Both the position numbers and the translations under genes were made by a program. This document shows, in pieces, positions 52,088 to 62,207 of a DNA stretch of 64,000 nt; within the stretch, counting starts at the first letter, position 1, and the number at the start of each line of letters is the position of its first letter. Source of the stretch: Promethearchaeota archaeon. GTDB taxonomy: Archaea; Asgardarchaeota; Heimdallarchaeia; Hodarchaeales; Hodarchaeaceae. The stretch lies in the NCBI GenBank assembly GCA_048938105.1, contig JBHLMN010000007.1, forward strand, positions 160,001 through 224,000, in the 5' to 3' direction. Below the pieces are notes generated by a model. The model was not told where the DNA came from, searched no databases, and worked only from the letters and a program-made list of their open reading frames with translations.

Positions 52088-53023
52088 TTGATTGTAATGA
52101 CAAAGAATGGATTAATTCTAGTCTTGGGAGGCACAGGGCACTATGGTAGACATATTGTAAAAGCCCTGACCTCTAATAATCATAAAGTAAGAGTTCTATC
52201 TCGAAATATGGCAAAAGCAAGGGAAATTCTTGGAGATGAACCTGAAATTGTAGAAGGAGATATTATTTCCAAAGAGGTAGTAATCAAAGCTCTTGAAGGA
52301 GTAAAAGCAATAATTATCAGTATTTCTGCCTTCAATCGAAAAACAATTCGTAAATTAAAGCTCATTGAAAGAGATTCTGTGTTAATGGTTCTTGAAGAAG
52401 CAGAAAAACTAGGGATAAGCCGTATTGTGTATATTTCTGTTTATGAAAAACCAGATGCGGATATAGATATGCTTCAAGGCAAGATCAAACGAGAAATTGA
52501 AGATACATTAGAAAAATCAAGTTTCAATTATACAATCCTTGGAGCTCCTCCTTCAATGGAAATCTTCTTTGCTATGATTCGTAATGGAAAGATGACTGTC
52601 CCTGGGGGAGGCCCTCCAGCATTACCAACAATTTCCCCGATTGATCTGGGTATAATAGCGGCACAAACTGTAAGTCGATTTGATTTAAATGAAAAACGTT
52701 TCAGTTTGGTTGGTTCTGATGTGATATCCTTTAGAGAAGCTGCAGAAAGAATATCAAATATCACGGGGAATAAAATTGGCTTTCGAAAGGTGCCACTTTT
52801 TCCAATAAGGATTGGAGCAGCTATCACGGGGTTATTAAGTCCAATTTTTCCGTATATTTCTCAAATGTTAAGATTCATAATACTAATGAATACTGCATTT
52901 ACAGCTGAGATTATAGATCAGGTTTATGAGCACCAAAAGCTACTTCAAGAGACCTTTGATTATCAACCAATGACTATAGAAGAGTTTGCAACAAGATATC
53001 ATTGGAAAATCAAATCACCTTGA
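52088..53023 (+). CDS. NmrA-like/atypical SDR NAD(P)-binding protein
   Basis: LVLGGTGHYG, VLSRN, VEGDI. Confidence 0.88.
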   Translation: MIVMTKNGLILVLGGTGHYGRHIVKALTSNNHKVRVLSRNMAKAREILGDEPEIVEGDIISKEVVIKALEGVKAIIISISAFNRKTIRKLKLIERDSVLMVLEEAEKLGISRIVYISVYEKPDADIDMLQGKIKREIEDTLEKSSFNYTILGAPPSMEIFFAMIRNGKMTVPGGGPPALPTISPIDLGIIAAQTVSRFDLNEKRFSLVGSDVISFREAAERISNITGNKIGFRKVPLFPIRIGAAITGLLSPIFPYISQMLRFIILMNTAFTAEIIDQVYEHQKLLQETFDYQPMTIEEFATRYHWKIKSP

Positions 53024-53065
53024 TAAGGACTTATTTTTTTATCATTTCATTATTGGTGATCATTT

Positions 53066-53644
53066 TTGGACTCAAATGAAGGAAAATTAATTATCCCCAA
53101 AACAGGTAGAATCGGAAGATTGGCGAAGATAATCGAATCTGAAACAAATCAGGATATCTTATTTAAAGTAATGCATGGCGTCGAGCAATACACATCAACT
53201 TCTAATTATAAACAAAAGGCTTCATGGGTACGAGGTGCGATTGAACGATTAGAACTTGAGGTAGGTGTTGAGAAGAGTAAAGCGATATTAGAGCAATGTG
53301 GGAGAAAATGTTGCGGAGTAACCAGTAGAAAGCGTGCAAAACAAGCTATGAATGAGTCAACATCACTTAAGGAATTCATAGAAAAATTAAATGCTAGAGG
53401 TATTGGGGGAGGTAGACTCAAACTTGAAGATAAGAACATAATTACTGGAGGGTATGATATATGTTATTGTGGGCAAGTTAAACATACTCAAGAACCTTTT
53501 CTTACTGATACATACTGCCATTGCTCTGTTGGTTGGTATAAACAATTATTTGAATCTACTCTAAATAAGTCTGTGAATGTTGAACTTGTGCAATCCATTA
53601 TTAGAGGATCAAAGACCTGTGAATTTGTTATTCATATAGAATAA
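53066..53644 (+). CDS. V4R-like Cys-rich protein (DUF6144-like)
   Basis: CGRKC, CYC, YCHCSVGW, VELVQSIIRGSKTCEF. Confidence 0.7.
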   Translation: MDSNEGKLIIPKTGRIGRLAKIIESETNQDILFKVMHGVEQYTSTSNYKQKASWVRGAIERLELEVGVEKSKAILEQCGRKCCGVTSRKRAKQAMNESTSLKEFIEKLNARGIGGGRLKLEDKNIITGGYDICYCGQVKHTQEPFLTDTYCHCSVGWYKQLFESTLNKSVNVELVQSIIRGSKTCEFVIHIE

Positions 53645-53730
53645 TTTAATTATCCTTTCATATCCTATAATCGTATTTTTCTACTTATCATTGTTTAGCC
53701 AATTCAAAAAAAGATTATTCAGTTTTCAAC

Positions 53731-54591
53731 CTATCTTTTAGCTCTTAGAAATGTCCCTTTATGATATTCTTCAAAAGCGGTTTTAATTTCTTCTTGTGTA
53801 TTCATAACAATAGGACCGTACCACGCAACTGGTTCTTTAATCGGTTTCCCCGAAACCAAAAGAAATCGCACATGTTCATCTTCTGATGCTGTAATTTGTA
53901 CCAATTCACCTTCCCTGAAGATTATGAGATGTTCTTTGGAAACTAGTTGTTCTTTATTTGGTTCAAAATAGCCCTTTCCCTCAAAACAATATGCAAAAAC
54001 AGTATAATCTTTATTAACTCTGTGTTCAAATGTTGTATTCTCAGGGATGAATACATCAATGTATTCAGGATTAGTTACAATATTTTGAACAGGTCCCTTG
54101 ATACCATTGATTTCTCCAGCTAAGATTCTAATTTTAATCCCATTATTAATCATGATTTCAGGAACCATATCTGCAGGAATATCTTGGTAGCGAGGTGGCA
54201 TCATTTTATTAGTTGCTGGAAGATTAACCCAGAGCTGGAACCCCCATAATAGGCCATCCACTTGTGCTGGCATCTCTGAATGAATGATACCAGATCCAGC
54301 TGTCATCCACTGGATATCTCCACTCTTAATGACACCTTGATTACCAATAGAATCTTGGTGTTCTACTTTTCCTTCAAGCATATAAGTAACAGTTTCAATA
54401 CCCCGATGGGGATGATTAGGAAATCCTGCAATATACTCATCTGGATTGTCAGAATGAAAATCATCAAATAAGAGGAATGGATCGAGTATTACTACTTCCC
54501 GATGAGCAAATGCACGTTTCAAATGAACACCTGCTCCCTCAATTGTCGGTTTACTCTTGGAAACTCTCCGTATTCTTCTAATTTTGTTCAT
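53731..54591 (-). CDS. Pirin family protein
   Basis: EGAG, DPFLLFD, HPHRGIETVTY, WMTAGSGIIHSE, QLWVNLP, YGPIVMNT. Confidence 0.96.
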   Translation of the reverse strand: MNKIRRIRRVSKSKPTIEGAGVHLKRAFAHREVVILDPFLLFDDFHSDNPDEYIAGFPNHPHRGIETVTYMLEGKVEHQDSIGNQGVIKSGDIQWMTAGSGIIHSEMPAQVDGLLWGFQLWVNLPATNKMMPPRYQDIPADMVPEIMINNGIKIRILAGEINGIKGPVQNIVTNPEYIDVFIPENTTFEHRVNKDYTVFAYCFEGKGYFEPNKEQLVSKEHLIIFREGELVQITASEDEHVRFLLVSGKPIKEPVAWYGPIVMNTQEEIKTAFEEYHKGTFLRAKR

Positions 54592-54822
54592 ATGGTCCCA
54601 AATATTTCAATTAATTTAAATTTAATTTTGCATTATTCGTATTAAACCAAGAAAATCACTCTAGGCACCCCTTGAATTTTTAAACTAATGGGGATCATAT
54701 CTATACTGGTTTATGTTGAAATATTATTCAACCGCAAGTTAAGAATCTTCAATCCTATCAAAGTCATCTATTTATCTTCAATAAGAATTATCCCAAAAAA
54801 GAGCTTCAAGTGATAGAAAACA

Positions 54823-55995
54823 ATGAGACCAGATATTTCTTCTTTTCATATCATGATCAAACCGCATAGTTCTATTTGCAATCTAAATTGCCAGTATTGT
54901 TATTATCTGTCTAAAAAAAGACTTTATCCTAATTCCAATTACCGAATGAATGATAAAACATTGGAAGAATTCATAAAACAGTATCTTGAAGCACAAAAAA
55001 CACCTGTTGTCTCGTTTGGGTGGCAAGGAGGAGAACCAGCATTAATGGGCATAGATTTTTTTGAGAAAGTGATCCATTACCAAAAGAAATACAATAAGGA
55101 GGGAAAAAAAGTCGAGAACACTTTTCAAACCAATGGAACTTTACTCAATGAAGATTGGGGGCGTTTTTTCAAGAAACACAATTTCTTAATCGGAATTAGC
55201 ATTGATGGTCCTCCGAAAATGCATGATGTGTATCGAGTTGATCGAAAAGGGACTCCCACTTTTAACAAAGTGAAATTAGGGCTTGACATTCTTAAAAAAT
55301 ATGAAGTAGAATACAATATTCTCACCTGTGTCCATTCTGTGAATGTAAATCACCCATTAGAAGTGTATAAGTATTTAAGAGACGAATTACAAGTTAATTT
55401 TATCCAATTTATTCCTGTAGTTGAACGAAATATTGATGGGAGAGTTTCAGATTTTTCCACAACTGGAAGCCAATATGGTACTTTTTTACAGACTGTCTTT
55501 GATGAATGGGTTAGACATGATGTAGGAATGATTTTTATTCAAATTTTTGAGGTCGCTTTAGCTGCTTGGTTAAATTTACCCCTAAATTTGTGTACTTTCG
55601 CACCAAACTGTGGAAATGCGTTAGCTTTAGAGTACAATGGGGATATCTATGCTTGCGATCATTTTGTTACACCAGAGTACTTTCGTGGTAATTTATTATC
55701 ACAATCACTTAAAGAAATCGTAAATTCACTAGATCAAAAGGAATTTGGGTTGAAAAAATCTAGGTTACTCCCTCAAGAATGTCAGCAATGTGAAGTGAGA
55801 TTCGTATGTAATGGTGGATGCCCAAAAAACAGGTTTATTTCAACTGAAGAAAGAAACTCTGGATTAAATTATTTATGTGAGGGTTATAAGACTTTTTTTT
55901 CCTACATCGATCCTTATATGAAGTACATGGCAGATCAACTAAAGAGAAATAGACCTGCTACCAATATCATGGAATACTTAAAAGAGAAATCATAA
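54823..55995 (+). CDS. Anaerobic sulfatase-maturating radical SAM/SPASM enzyme
   Basis: CNLNCQYCYY, WQGGEP, QTNG, CDHFV, CNGGCPK, YLCEG. Confidence 0.95.
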   Translation: MRPDISSFHIMIKPHSSICNLNCQYCYYLSKKRLYPNSNYRMNDKTLEEFIKQYLEAQKTPVVSFGWQGGEPALMGIDFFEKVIHYQKKYNKEGKKVENTFQTNGTLLNEDWGRFFKKHNFLIGISIDGPPKMHDVYRVDRKGTPTFNKVKLGLDILKKYEVEYNILTCVHSVNVNHPLEVYKYLRDELQVNFIQFIPVVERNIDGRVSDFSTTGSQYGTFLQTVFDEWVRHDVGMIFIQIFEVALAAWLNLPLNLCTFAPNCGNALALEYNGDIYACDHFVTPEYFRGNLLSQSLKEIVNSLDQKEFGLKKSRLLPQECQQCEVRFVCNGGCPKNRFISTEERNSGLNYLCEGYKTFFSYIDPYMKYMADQLKRNRPATNIMEYLKEKS

Positions 55996-56087
55996 TAAGA
56001 AATATTATTAATGTTAAAAATAATACAACCAGTATTATCAACCTAGAAGATGTATTTTCGTCTCAAGTCTCATTAATTTCCAATAAG

Positions 56088-57398
56088 ATGAGGAATATGA
56101 ATCAACCATCCGAATCTAATCCAAATATCTTATTTATCATCACTCATGATACTGGGGATCTTTTTTATGACAAAGGGATAGAAACACCAAACCTAGATCA
56201 ATTGGCTCGAACTGGTGTAATGTTTACAAATAATTTTTGCATAGCTCCCCAGTGTTCTCCTTCTCGTGGTAGTATTCTCACTGGACAAGTGCCACACACA
56301 CACGGATTAATGGGATTAACAAACTATGGCTGGAATTTGGATTCAAAGATCACAATTGCCAAAATTCTTGCCAAAAACGGCTACTCAACGCATTTAATTG
56401 GATTACAGCATGAACATGAGGATGCAAAAGAACTCGGTTATCAAAATATCTCTGATCGTAACATCATGCCTTGGGTAGATAACGTCGTTCCCCAAGTAAA
56501 CGAATTCTTAACAAGAGCTAATCAGGGGAAGGTTCCACAACCATTCTATTGTGCCATTGGCTTTTTTGATACCCATAGGCCCTTCATTTTTCCTGAGGAT
56601 ATTTCTGTTCCTTTCAAAAACGAAATTTTGGTTCCTAGTTTTCTACCAGACACACCTGAAGTGAGAACGGATATTTCAGAATTATATTCATCGATTAAAA
56701 CAGTAGATAGAGGAATTGGACATATCCTTGACATTTTAAAATCGTGTTCTTACTATGAAAATACAATAGTTATTCTTACCGTTGATCATGGACCAGCTTT
56801 TCCACGAGCGAAATGTACTCTGTATGACACAGGAATTCGGACTGCGCTCATTTTCAGCTGGCCAAAAAAGATTAAGCAAGGAATGATACGGACTGAATTG
56901 ATCTCTAACATAGATTTATTACCATCAATCTTAGATATTGTCGATATTCCGATCCCCGATGAAATACAAGGACATAGCTTCAAAAATCTTCTTTTTAATG
57001 AAGAATATAAGGAACAGGAGTGCATTTTTGCAGAATTAACATATCACGATATTGGCTATAATCCTATCAGAGCAGTTAGAACAAAAAAATGGAAATATAT
57101 CAAGAATTTTAAAGCTCTTGACATATTATTCGAAATACCTGAAGATGTGATCGAAAGTCCATCAGGAAAAGCTTGGCTTAGCAAACATCCTGAATATTAC
57201 TCCACTAGACCAAACGAAGAGTTGTATGATCTGATGACTGATCCAATGGAAGTAATAAATTTAGCTAATAATCCCCAATATCAATCTATCAAACAAAAAT
57301 TAGATAAGAAACTTATGGATTGGTTGAAAAAGACAAATGATCCAATTTTAACGAAGAACTTTATTGAGGACACTTCAAGGAGAATGAAGATTGAATGA
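56088..57398 (+). CDS. Cys-type sulfatase (sulfamidase-like)
   Basis: CSPSRGSILTG, DTHRP, DHG, ELYDL. No signal peptide. Confidence 0.95.
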   Translation: MRNMNQPSESNPNILFIITHDTGDLFYDKGIETPNLDQLARTGVMFTNNFCIAPQCSPSRGSILTGQVPHTHGLMGLTNYGWNLDSKITIAKILAKNGYSTHLIGLQHEHEDAKELGYQNISDRNIMPWVDNVVPQVNEFLTRANQGKVPQPFYCAIGFFDTHRPFIFPEDISVPFKNEILVPSFLPDTPEVRTDISELYSSIKTVDRGIGHILDILKSCSYYENTIVILTVDHGPAFPRAKCTLYDTGIRTALIFSWPKKIKQGMIRTELISNIDLLPSILDIVDIPIPDEIQGHSFKNLLFNEEYKEQECIFAELTYHDIGYNPIRAVRTKKWKYIKNFKALDILFEIPEDVIESPSGKAWLSKHPEYYSTRPNEELYDLMTDPMEVINLANNPQYQSIKQKLDKKLMDWLKKTNDPILTKNFIEDTSRRMKIE

Positions 57399-58008
57399 AA
57401 TTATTTGGGCTACCCCACTTTATTTATTCTTAAAATATTGCAATGAGAGTTCATTAGATAAAGTAATTCTTGATTGCGGTGCAGGAGGAGAATCTCCTCC
57501 ATTAGCCCTTTTCTATCAATACGATTACGAAACAAATGGAATTGATATTTCTGATAAAGCTTTAGAGGAATCTCATCTATTTTGTAAGGAGAATAACATA
57601 AATTTAAATATTACAAAAGGAGATATGAGGAAAATTCCGTTTGAAGACGAGTCTATGAGTTTTGTTTATTCTTTAGATTCGATTATATTTTTATCAAAAG
57701 ATGACACTCAAATAGCTATTAAAGAGATTGAAAGAGTCTTGAGAACAGATGGACTGTGTTTTATAAATTTTAAATCGATTGATGATGAAGATTACAATAA
57801 AGGGGAGCCAATGGGCAATAATGAATTTAAACTTGATAATGAATGGACAGAAGGGGAGATGGTATGCTCTTTCTATGAAGATAATGAACCTGATGCTTAT
57901 TTTGGCAATTTTGAAATTCTCCGCAAAGAAAAAAGGATTGTAGATTGTTTTTGTATTGAGAATGGTCACAGAATTGGGTATATTGATTATATTGGTAGAA
58001 AAAAATAA
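57391..58008 (+). CDS. Class I SAM-dependent methyltransferase
   Basis: LDCGAGG, GDMR, EIERVL. Confidence 0.9.
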   Translation: MNEIIWATPLYLFLKYCNESSLDKVILDCGAGGESPPLALFYQYDYETNGIDISDKALEESHLFCKENNINLNITKGDMRKIPFEDESMSFVYSLDSIIFLSKDDTQIAIKEIERVLRTDGLCFINFKSIDDEDYNKGEPMGNNEFKLDNEWTEGEMVCSFYEDNEPDAYFGNFEILRKEKRIVDCFCIENGHRIGYIDYIGRKK

Positions 58009-58155
58009 TCTATCGTTCAATCACTCATTTTCCCTTTCATAACTTATTTAAAAAGAAATTAAAGGATTTTTAGGGGAAAGATTCAATTCGGGAAGATTTA
58101 AAAAATTCTTTCTCTATAATTACATATTTTCAGGAAGAAAAGTGGTGACAATAGA

Positions 58156-58776
58156 ATGAAAACAAATCAAATTATTAGAATAATAATTCCTTTGGTACTC
58201 CTTTTAGGGGCTGCCACTACCTTTTTTGTGGCAGTTCTGGGCAACCAACAGGCAAATACCTCAGCAGAGGATATACAAAAGGCAAATACAACCACAAGTA
58301 GTTTTATTATGTACCTATATGTAGAAGGCATCCCTGGAGAAGTTATAGAACAAGATCATGAAGAATGGATTGAAGTACTCGCTTATTCCCATAATATACA
58401 AACCCCCTATAATGTTGGCACAGGACAAACTGCTGGAAGCGTAGAGAACGCCCCCCTCCGAATCACTAAGATGGTAGATAAGGCATCTCCCAAATTATAC
58501 CAAGCTTGTTATACTGGAAGTGTGAAACCTTTAGTTGAACTAGATTTCTGCATGACTAATACTGCCCAAGATGTGTTTTACAACATTGAACTTGAAAATG
58601 CCAAAATTGTGTCCGTCCAAGACTTTGGAGTATTATCAGGAGACTATCCAACAGAAACAGTTTCATTCACTTACGAAAGATTCAAATGGACATATATAGA
58701 GTACGATGCTCAGGGACAACCCAAAGGACCTATAGAATCAGGTTGGATCTATTGGAGTGACGAAACCCCTATTTAA
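58156..58776 (+). CDS. hcp: Hcp (T6SS tube)-family protein with N-terminal signal/TM segment
   Basis: MYLYVEGIPGE...HEEWIEV, LRITKMVDKASPKLYQAC, IELENAKIVSV, ETVSFTYERFKWTY and GW, all preceded by a ~48-aa extension. Confidence 0.88.
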   Translation: MKTNQIIRIIIPLVLLLGAATTFFVAVLGNQQANTSAEDIQKANTTTSSFIMYLYVEGIPGEVIEQDHEEWIEVLAYSHNIQTPYNVGTGQTAGSVENAPLRITKMVDKASPKLYQACYTGSVKPLVELDFCMTNTAQDVFYNIELENAKIVSVQDFGVLSGDYPTETVSFTYERFKWTYIEYDAQGQPKGPIESGWIYWSDETPI

Positions 58777-58811
58777 CCCTTACAAACAAATTATATAGCT
58801 GTTGAATTACA

Positions 58812-59552
58812 ATGAAAATGTCTAAGACATTTTTAATTCCCTTACTCCTATTGATTTTAGCCATTGGTACCTTTCCTACACTAGCTTTCGCAAATACTTC
58901 CAATGAAGAATATATTGAAGTTCACCAAGTGATTCAGAATGGACCTAATATATTGATTGAATTAGATTATGACTTGAGTTCAACTTCTTTACTTGATACT
59001 AATGAATCATTGGCAGTCTTAGTAATATTTAGTGATTCTACAAACGAGGATACTCTCACCATTCAAGCAGCGATGTTATTCTTTCACACGGATGACAATC
59101 AATTTCTCCTTTTTTGGATGCTTGGAGACCCCTTTAAACAAGCCCAAAACTGGCAGGAAGGTACTGAAAATGAGCACTTTCAGACTGATGGTGACCAATT
59201 AACACTCACTTTCATCGAATTCGTAGGTGCTCAGGAACCAGAGATTACAGTCTCAGTATATGCCAGGATTACCTCTAGTGAAATAAATGCCTATACGACC
59301 GATTTTCGAATAGTTCTAGATCAATTCATTGAGGAATTGACAACACAAACTACATCTGAGGAGACTTCTGGCCCCCTGACTACAGGAAAAACAACTTCAT
59401 CAACTACAGGAACAGGAAAAACAGAAAGAACCACATCTACAAAAGAATCATCTCAAACAAAAACGGATATTGCATCAGGATTCACTATCCTCTCAATTTT
59501 TGGTATTCTCCTTTCAGTGGTCATCATAAAAAGATTTACTCGGAAAAATTAA
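58812..59552 (+). CDS. Secreted surface protein with Thr-rich linker and SGF-TM-basic C-terminal anchor
   Basis: Signal ending ...LAFA, acidic domain, TTQTTSEETSG...TTST linker, ASGFTILSIFGILLSVVIIKRFTRKN. Confidence 0.85.
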   Translation: MKMSKTFLIPLLLLILAIGTFPTLAFANTSNEEYIEVHQVIQNGPNILIELDYDLSSTSLLDTNESLAVLVIFSDSTNEDTLTIQAAMLFFHTDDNQFLLFWMLGDPFKQAQNWQEGTENEHFQTDGDQLTLTFIEFVGAQEPEITVSVYARITSSEINAYTTDFRIVLDQFIEELTTQTTSEETSGPLTTGKTTSSTTGTGKTERTTSTKESSQTKTDIASGFTILSIFGILLSVVIIKRFTRKN

Positions 59553-59663
59553 GGTTTATTAAAACCTATTGATATCAAAAAGGCGTTAAGCACCAGCTAA
59601 ACTCTTTTGGACAAATACAGGCTTAGCATGCAATTTACTTATGAGTCTGTACTCTAAGATTTA

Positions 59664-60290
59664 TTATAAAGTCTGAATTTTCGTTCCAATATAACTAATT
59701 TCACCCAATTTAAGTTGAATTTCTCCTTCATTATATCTATAAATCACTCTATTTTCTTTATGAAGGAGCTCAAAATTTTTAAAATATGCATCAGCCTCAT
59801 TAATGGTATGAAAAGAATGGAGTGCTGTTTCATTCTCACCTATGGGCAATAAATATTCTCCCTCACCGATTTTTTCACCTCGTTCACCGATCTCTGAATC
59901 TTCCGACATAAAATTGACATAGCATAATCCATTTATTACCAAGACTCTTTCGATTTCTTTCATTGCAATAGAAATATCTTTTTTCGATAGATGCATGATT
60001 GTATTATATGAATAAACAAAGGAAAAACTTTCATCATCAAAATTTAAATCTCTCATATCACCTATCTTAATATTTAGGTCAAGATTATACTTATCACAGA
60101 AATCTTTTGTGTTCTTGATTGCTTGTTCACTAACATCTATTCCAAAGGTTTTATAACCATTTCTGTAAAACAAGTAAAGAGGGGACTCCCTTCCACCAGC
60201 TCCACAATCAAGTACTTTTTTTTCTAGGTTTGTTTTGTTGCATAATCGTAAAAACTCATATAAGGGAGTTGCACGAGAAATAAATTCCAA
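59664..60290 (-). CDS. Class I SAM-dependent methyltransferase (paralogue of 57391-58008)
   Basis: ATPLYEFLRLCN, LDCGAGG, GDMR, EIERVL. Confidence 0.9.
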   Translation of the reverse strand: MEFISRATPLYEFLRLCNKTNLEKKVLDCGAGGRESPLYLFYRNGYKTFGIDVSEQAIKNTKDFCDKYNLDLNIKIGDMRDLNFDDESFSFVYSYNTIMHLSKKDISIAMKEIERVLVINGLCYVNFMSEDSEIGERGEKIGEGEYLLPIGENETALHSFHTINEADAYFKNFELLHKENRVIYRYNEGEIQLKLGEISYIGTKIQTL

Positions 60291-60317
60291 AATACCATCT
60301 TCTCTTTGGACATGAGT

Positions 60318-61328
60318 TTACTTCTCTACAGTGTCTACAACTTCCTGTGGTAAATGCAAAGCAAACTTACAAACTGAGTCCCCTTTAAGCACTGATTTTA
60401 CTAATTCGACTTTCACGGATTGATCTAAAACCGCCTCCCAGAAGTTCTTGTAATACCCTGCACTACAATTACAAAATATCGGATCAACAGGTTGATCTTC
60501 CTCCAAAAGTGCTTCTCTCACCCAAGGACAGTGACAATACCAATACTTCTTTTTCTTATCATCTGTTTCTTTAAGAAATTGCTTTGTCATATAAGGGATC
60601 TTAATCATAATGACTTTATTTCCTTCTCGAATCCCCGCTTCAGTCATTCCTTGTTGACTCTTGACATATTGAAGGACTTCCTCGTCAATCTCTTGAGTAA
60701 AGAAAAGAGAATTTTCTTGGAAGTGTTTTGTTAAAGTGTTAATAAAATCTTGGCGTTGAATTTCCAAGAATTCGTCGATGCTTTTTGTTTTTAGATATTT
60801 TTTTCTTGCTGATTCATAAGATTGTGGATATTTGTCCCTTAATCCGTGTGCAAGGAATGCAGTGCACTTTTCATGATCAACTTTAGCGTGAAATCTCTCA
60901 ATCACCTTTCTAGTAATTTCAGGTTTCTTTTTGGGATGAAAACCTAATGGTGGAACTTCAATATCTTCAAAAATTTCATTTCTTACTTCTTCACCGAATT
61001 CCTCTACTAATCGTTTTGAGAAATTTACCATTACTTCGCTTCCATCAATGTTCTCCATTGCAGCAATAATTAATTGGTTATTCTTCTTGAAATAGCCATA
61101 TCGGAGAAGATTAACATAGTTATCGAAAGAATTCTTTTTATTCTCTATTAAATAGGCAGAAAAATCATGAAGATCGTTATATGTTGCATCCTCAACTGAT
61201 TTGTTGGATTTAGAAAGAAAATCATCAAACTCACTAACGATATTAATAGCAGCAGGTATTATATCAATAGCAATATTTCGTTCCTGTAAATACTCCTGCA
61301 AATATTCCTTGAAACCGTCCTGTTCCAT
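60318..61328 (-). CDS. V4R-like Cys-rich protein (DUF6144-like, long form)
   Basis: YCHCPWVR, FCNCSAGY, VELVKSVLKGDSVCKF. Confidence 0.7.
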   Translation of the reverse strand: MEQDGFKEYLQEYLQERNIAIDIIPAAINIVSEFDDFLSKSNKSVEDATYNDLHDFSAYLIENKKNSFDNYVNLLRYGYFKKNNQLIIAAMENIDGSEVMVNFSKRLVEEFGEEVRNEIFEDIEVPPLGFHPKKKPEITRKVIERFHAKVDHEKCTAFLAHGLRDKYPQSYESARKKYLKTKSIDEFLEIQRQDFINTLTKHFQENSLFFTQEIDEEVLQYVKSQQGMTEAGIREGNKVIMIKIPYMTKQFLKETDDKKKKYWYCHCPWVREALLEEDQPVDPIFCNCSAGYYKNFWEAVLDQSVKVELVKSVLKGDSVCKFALHLPQEVVDTVEK

Positions 61329-61629
61329 AAAATCACCAAATTCTTTTCGTAAGTCTCAATATATAAACTAAATGATGTGTGCATTCCGATTATATATGGA
61401 AAATTCAATGTATCATATTACTCGAATTATCTTTCAATTTTTAGATAGAGTCTCAAATATAATCAAGCTATATTTTCATAAAGAAGCCACAGACTGATTA
61501 ATAGGCAACACATTCGATTTTATCTTAGTATAGAAACTAATAAATCAAAAACACAATTTTTACCTACATGATAAGATATATATACTTAATATATACAATA
61601 TCTATATTAAAAATATATATGGTGATACT

Positions 61630-62100
61630 TTGGTAGAGGATGAAGAAATACCCTATTTAGAAAAGATTTCTCTAAATATCGCAATAACAGAATTAGGTCG
61701 AATTGATGCATTAATAGAAGCAGGTTATGCAGCGAATCGAACCGAATTTATACGTAGATCCATTAGAAAAGAATTATCTCGCTATAAAGATGAGATTGAA
61801 TCCATCACTCCACGAAGAAAGTTTAGAGCAATGGTTTTATACCTTAACAAAGACGATATCGATGAATGTTTAGAAAAAGGCCAAAAAATTGATATTAGAG
61901 TTCTTGGTTATCTACGTTTAGCTAGAGATATTGATCCAGAAGATTTGGATGCAGTTGTCAACTCATGTAGGGTTTATGGAAGTATTTCAGCACCTAAGAA
62001 ACTAAAAGAAATTCTTTTAGACAAAAGACCGAGATATTCCTTACTAGGACACGACTATTATCAGGGTAGCGAGGAGAAGGAGGATAATGAATTAGAATGA
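61630..62100 (+). CDS. CopG/ribbon-helix-helix regulator
   Basis: EKISLNI...GRIDALIEAGYAANRTEFIRRSIR. Confidence 0.8.
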   Translation: MVEDEEIPYLEKISLNIAITELGRIDALIEAGYAANRTEFIRRSIRKELSRYKDEIESITPRRKFRAMVLYLNKDDIDECLEKGQKIDIRVLGYLRLARDIDPEDLDAVVNSCRVYGSISAPKKLKEILLDKRPRYSLLGHDYYQGSEEKEDNELE

Positions 62101-62207
62101 TTTTCCTGTAAAAATGTATGAATTCGAAAGAGAATATTTAATTCATCTTAAATTATATAGATTGCTCATCAATAGAACCCTGAACAAGAAATTGAGAGGA
62201 AATCGCA

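Noticed and set aside
58156-58776. Complete type VI secretion or prophage tail locus
   Set aside because: No sheath, spike, baseplate, capsid or integrase genes are recognisable in the window.
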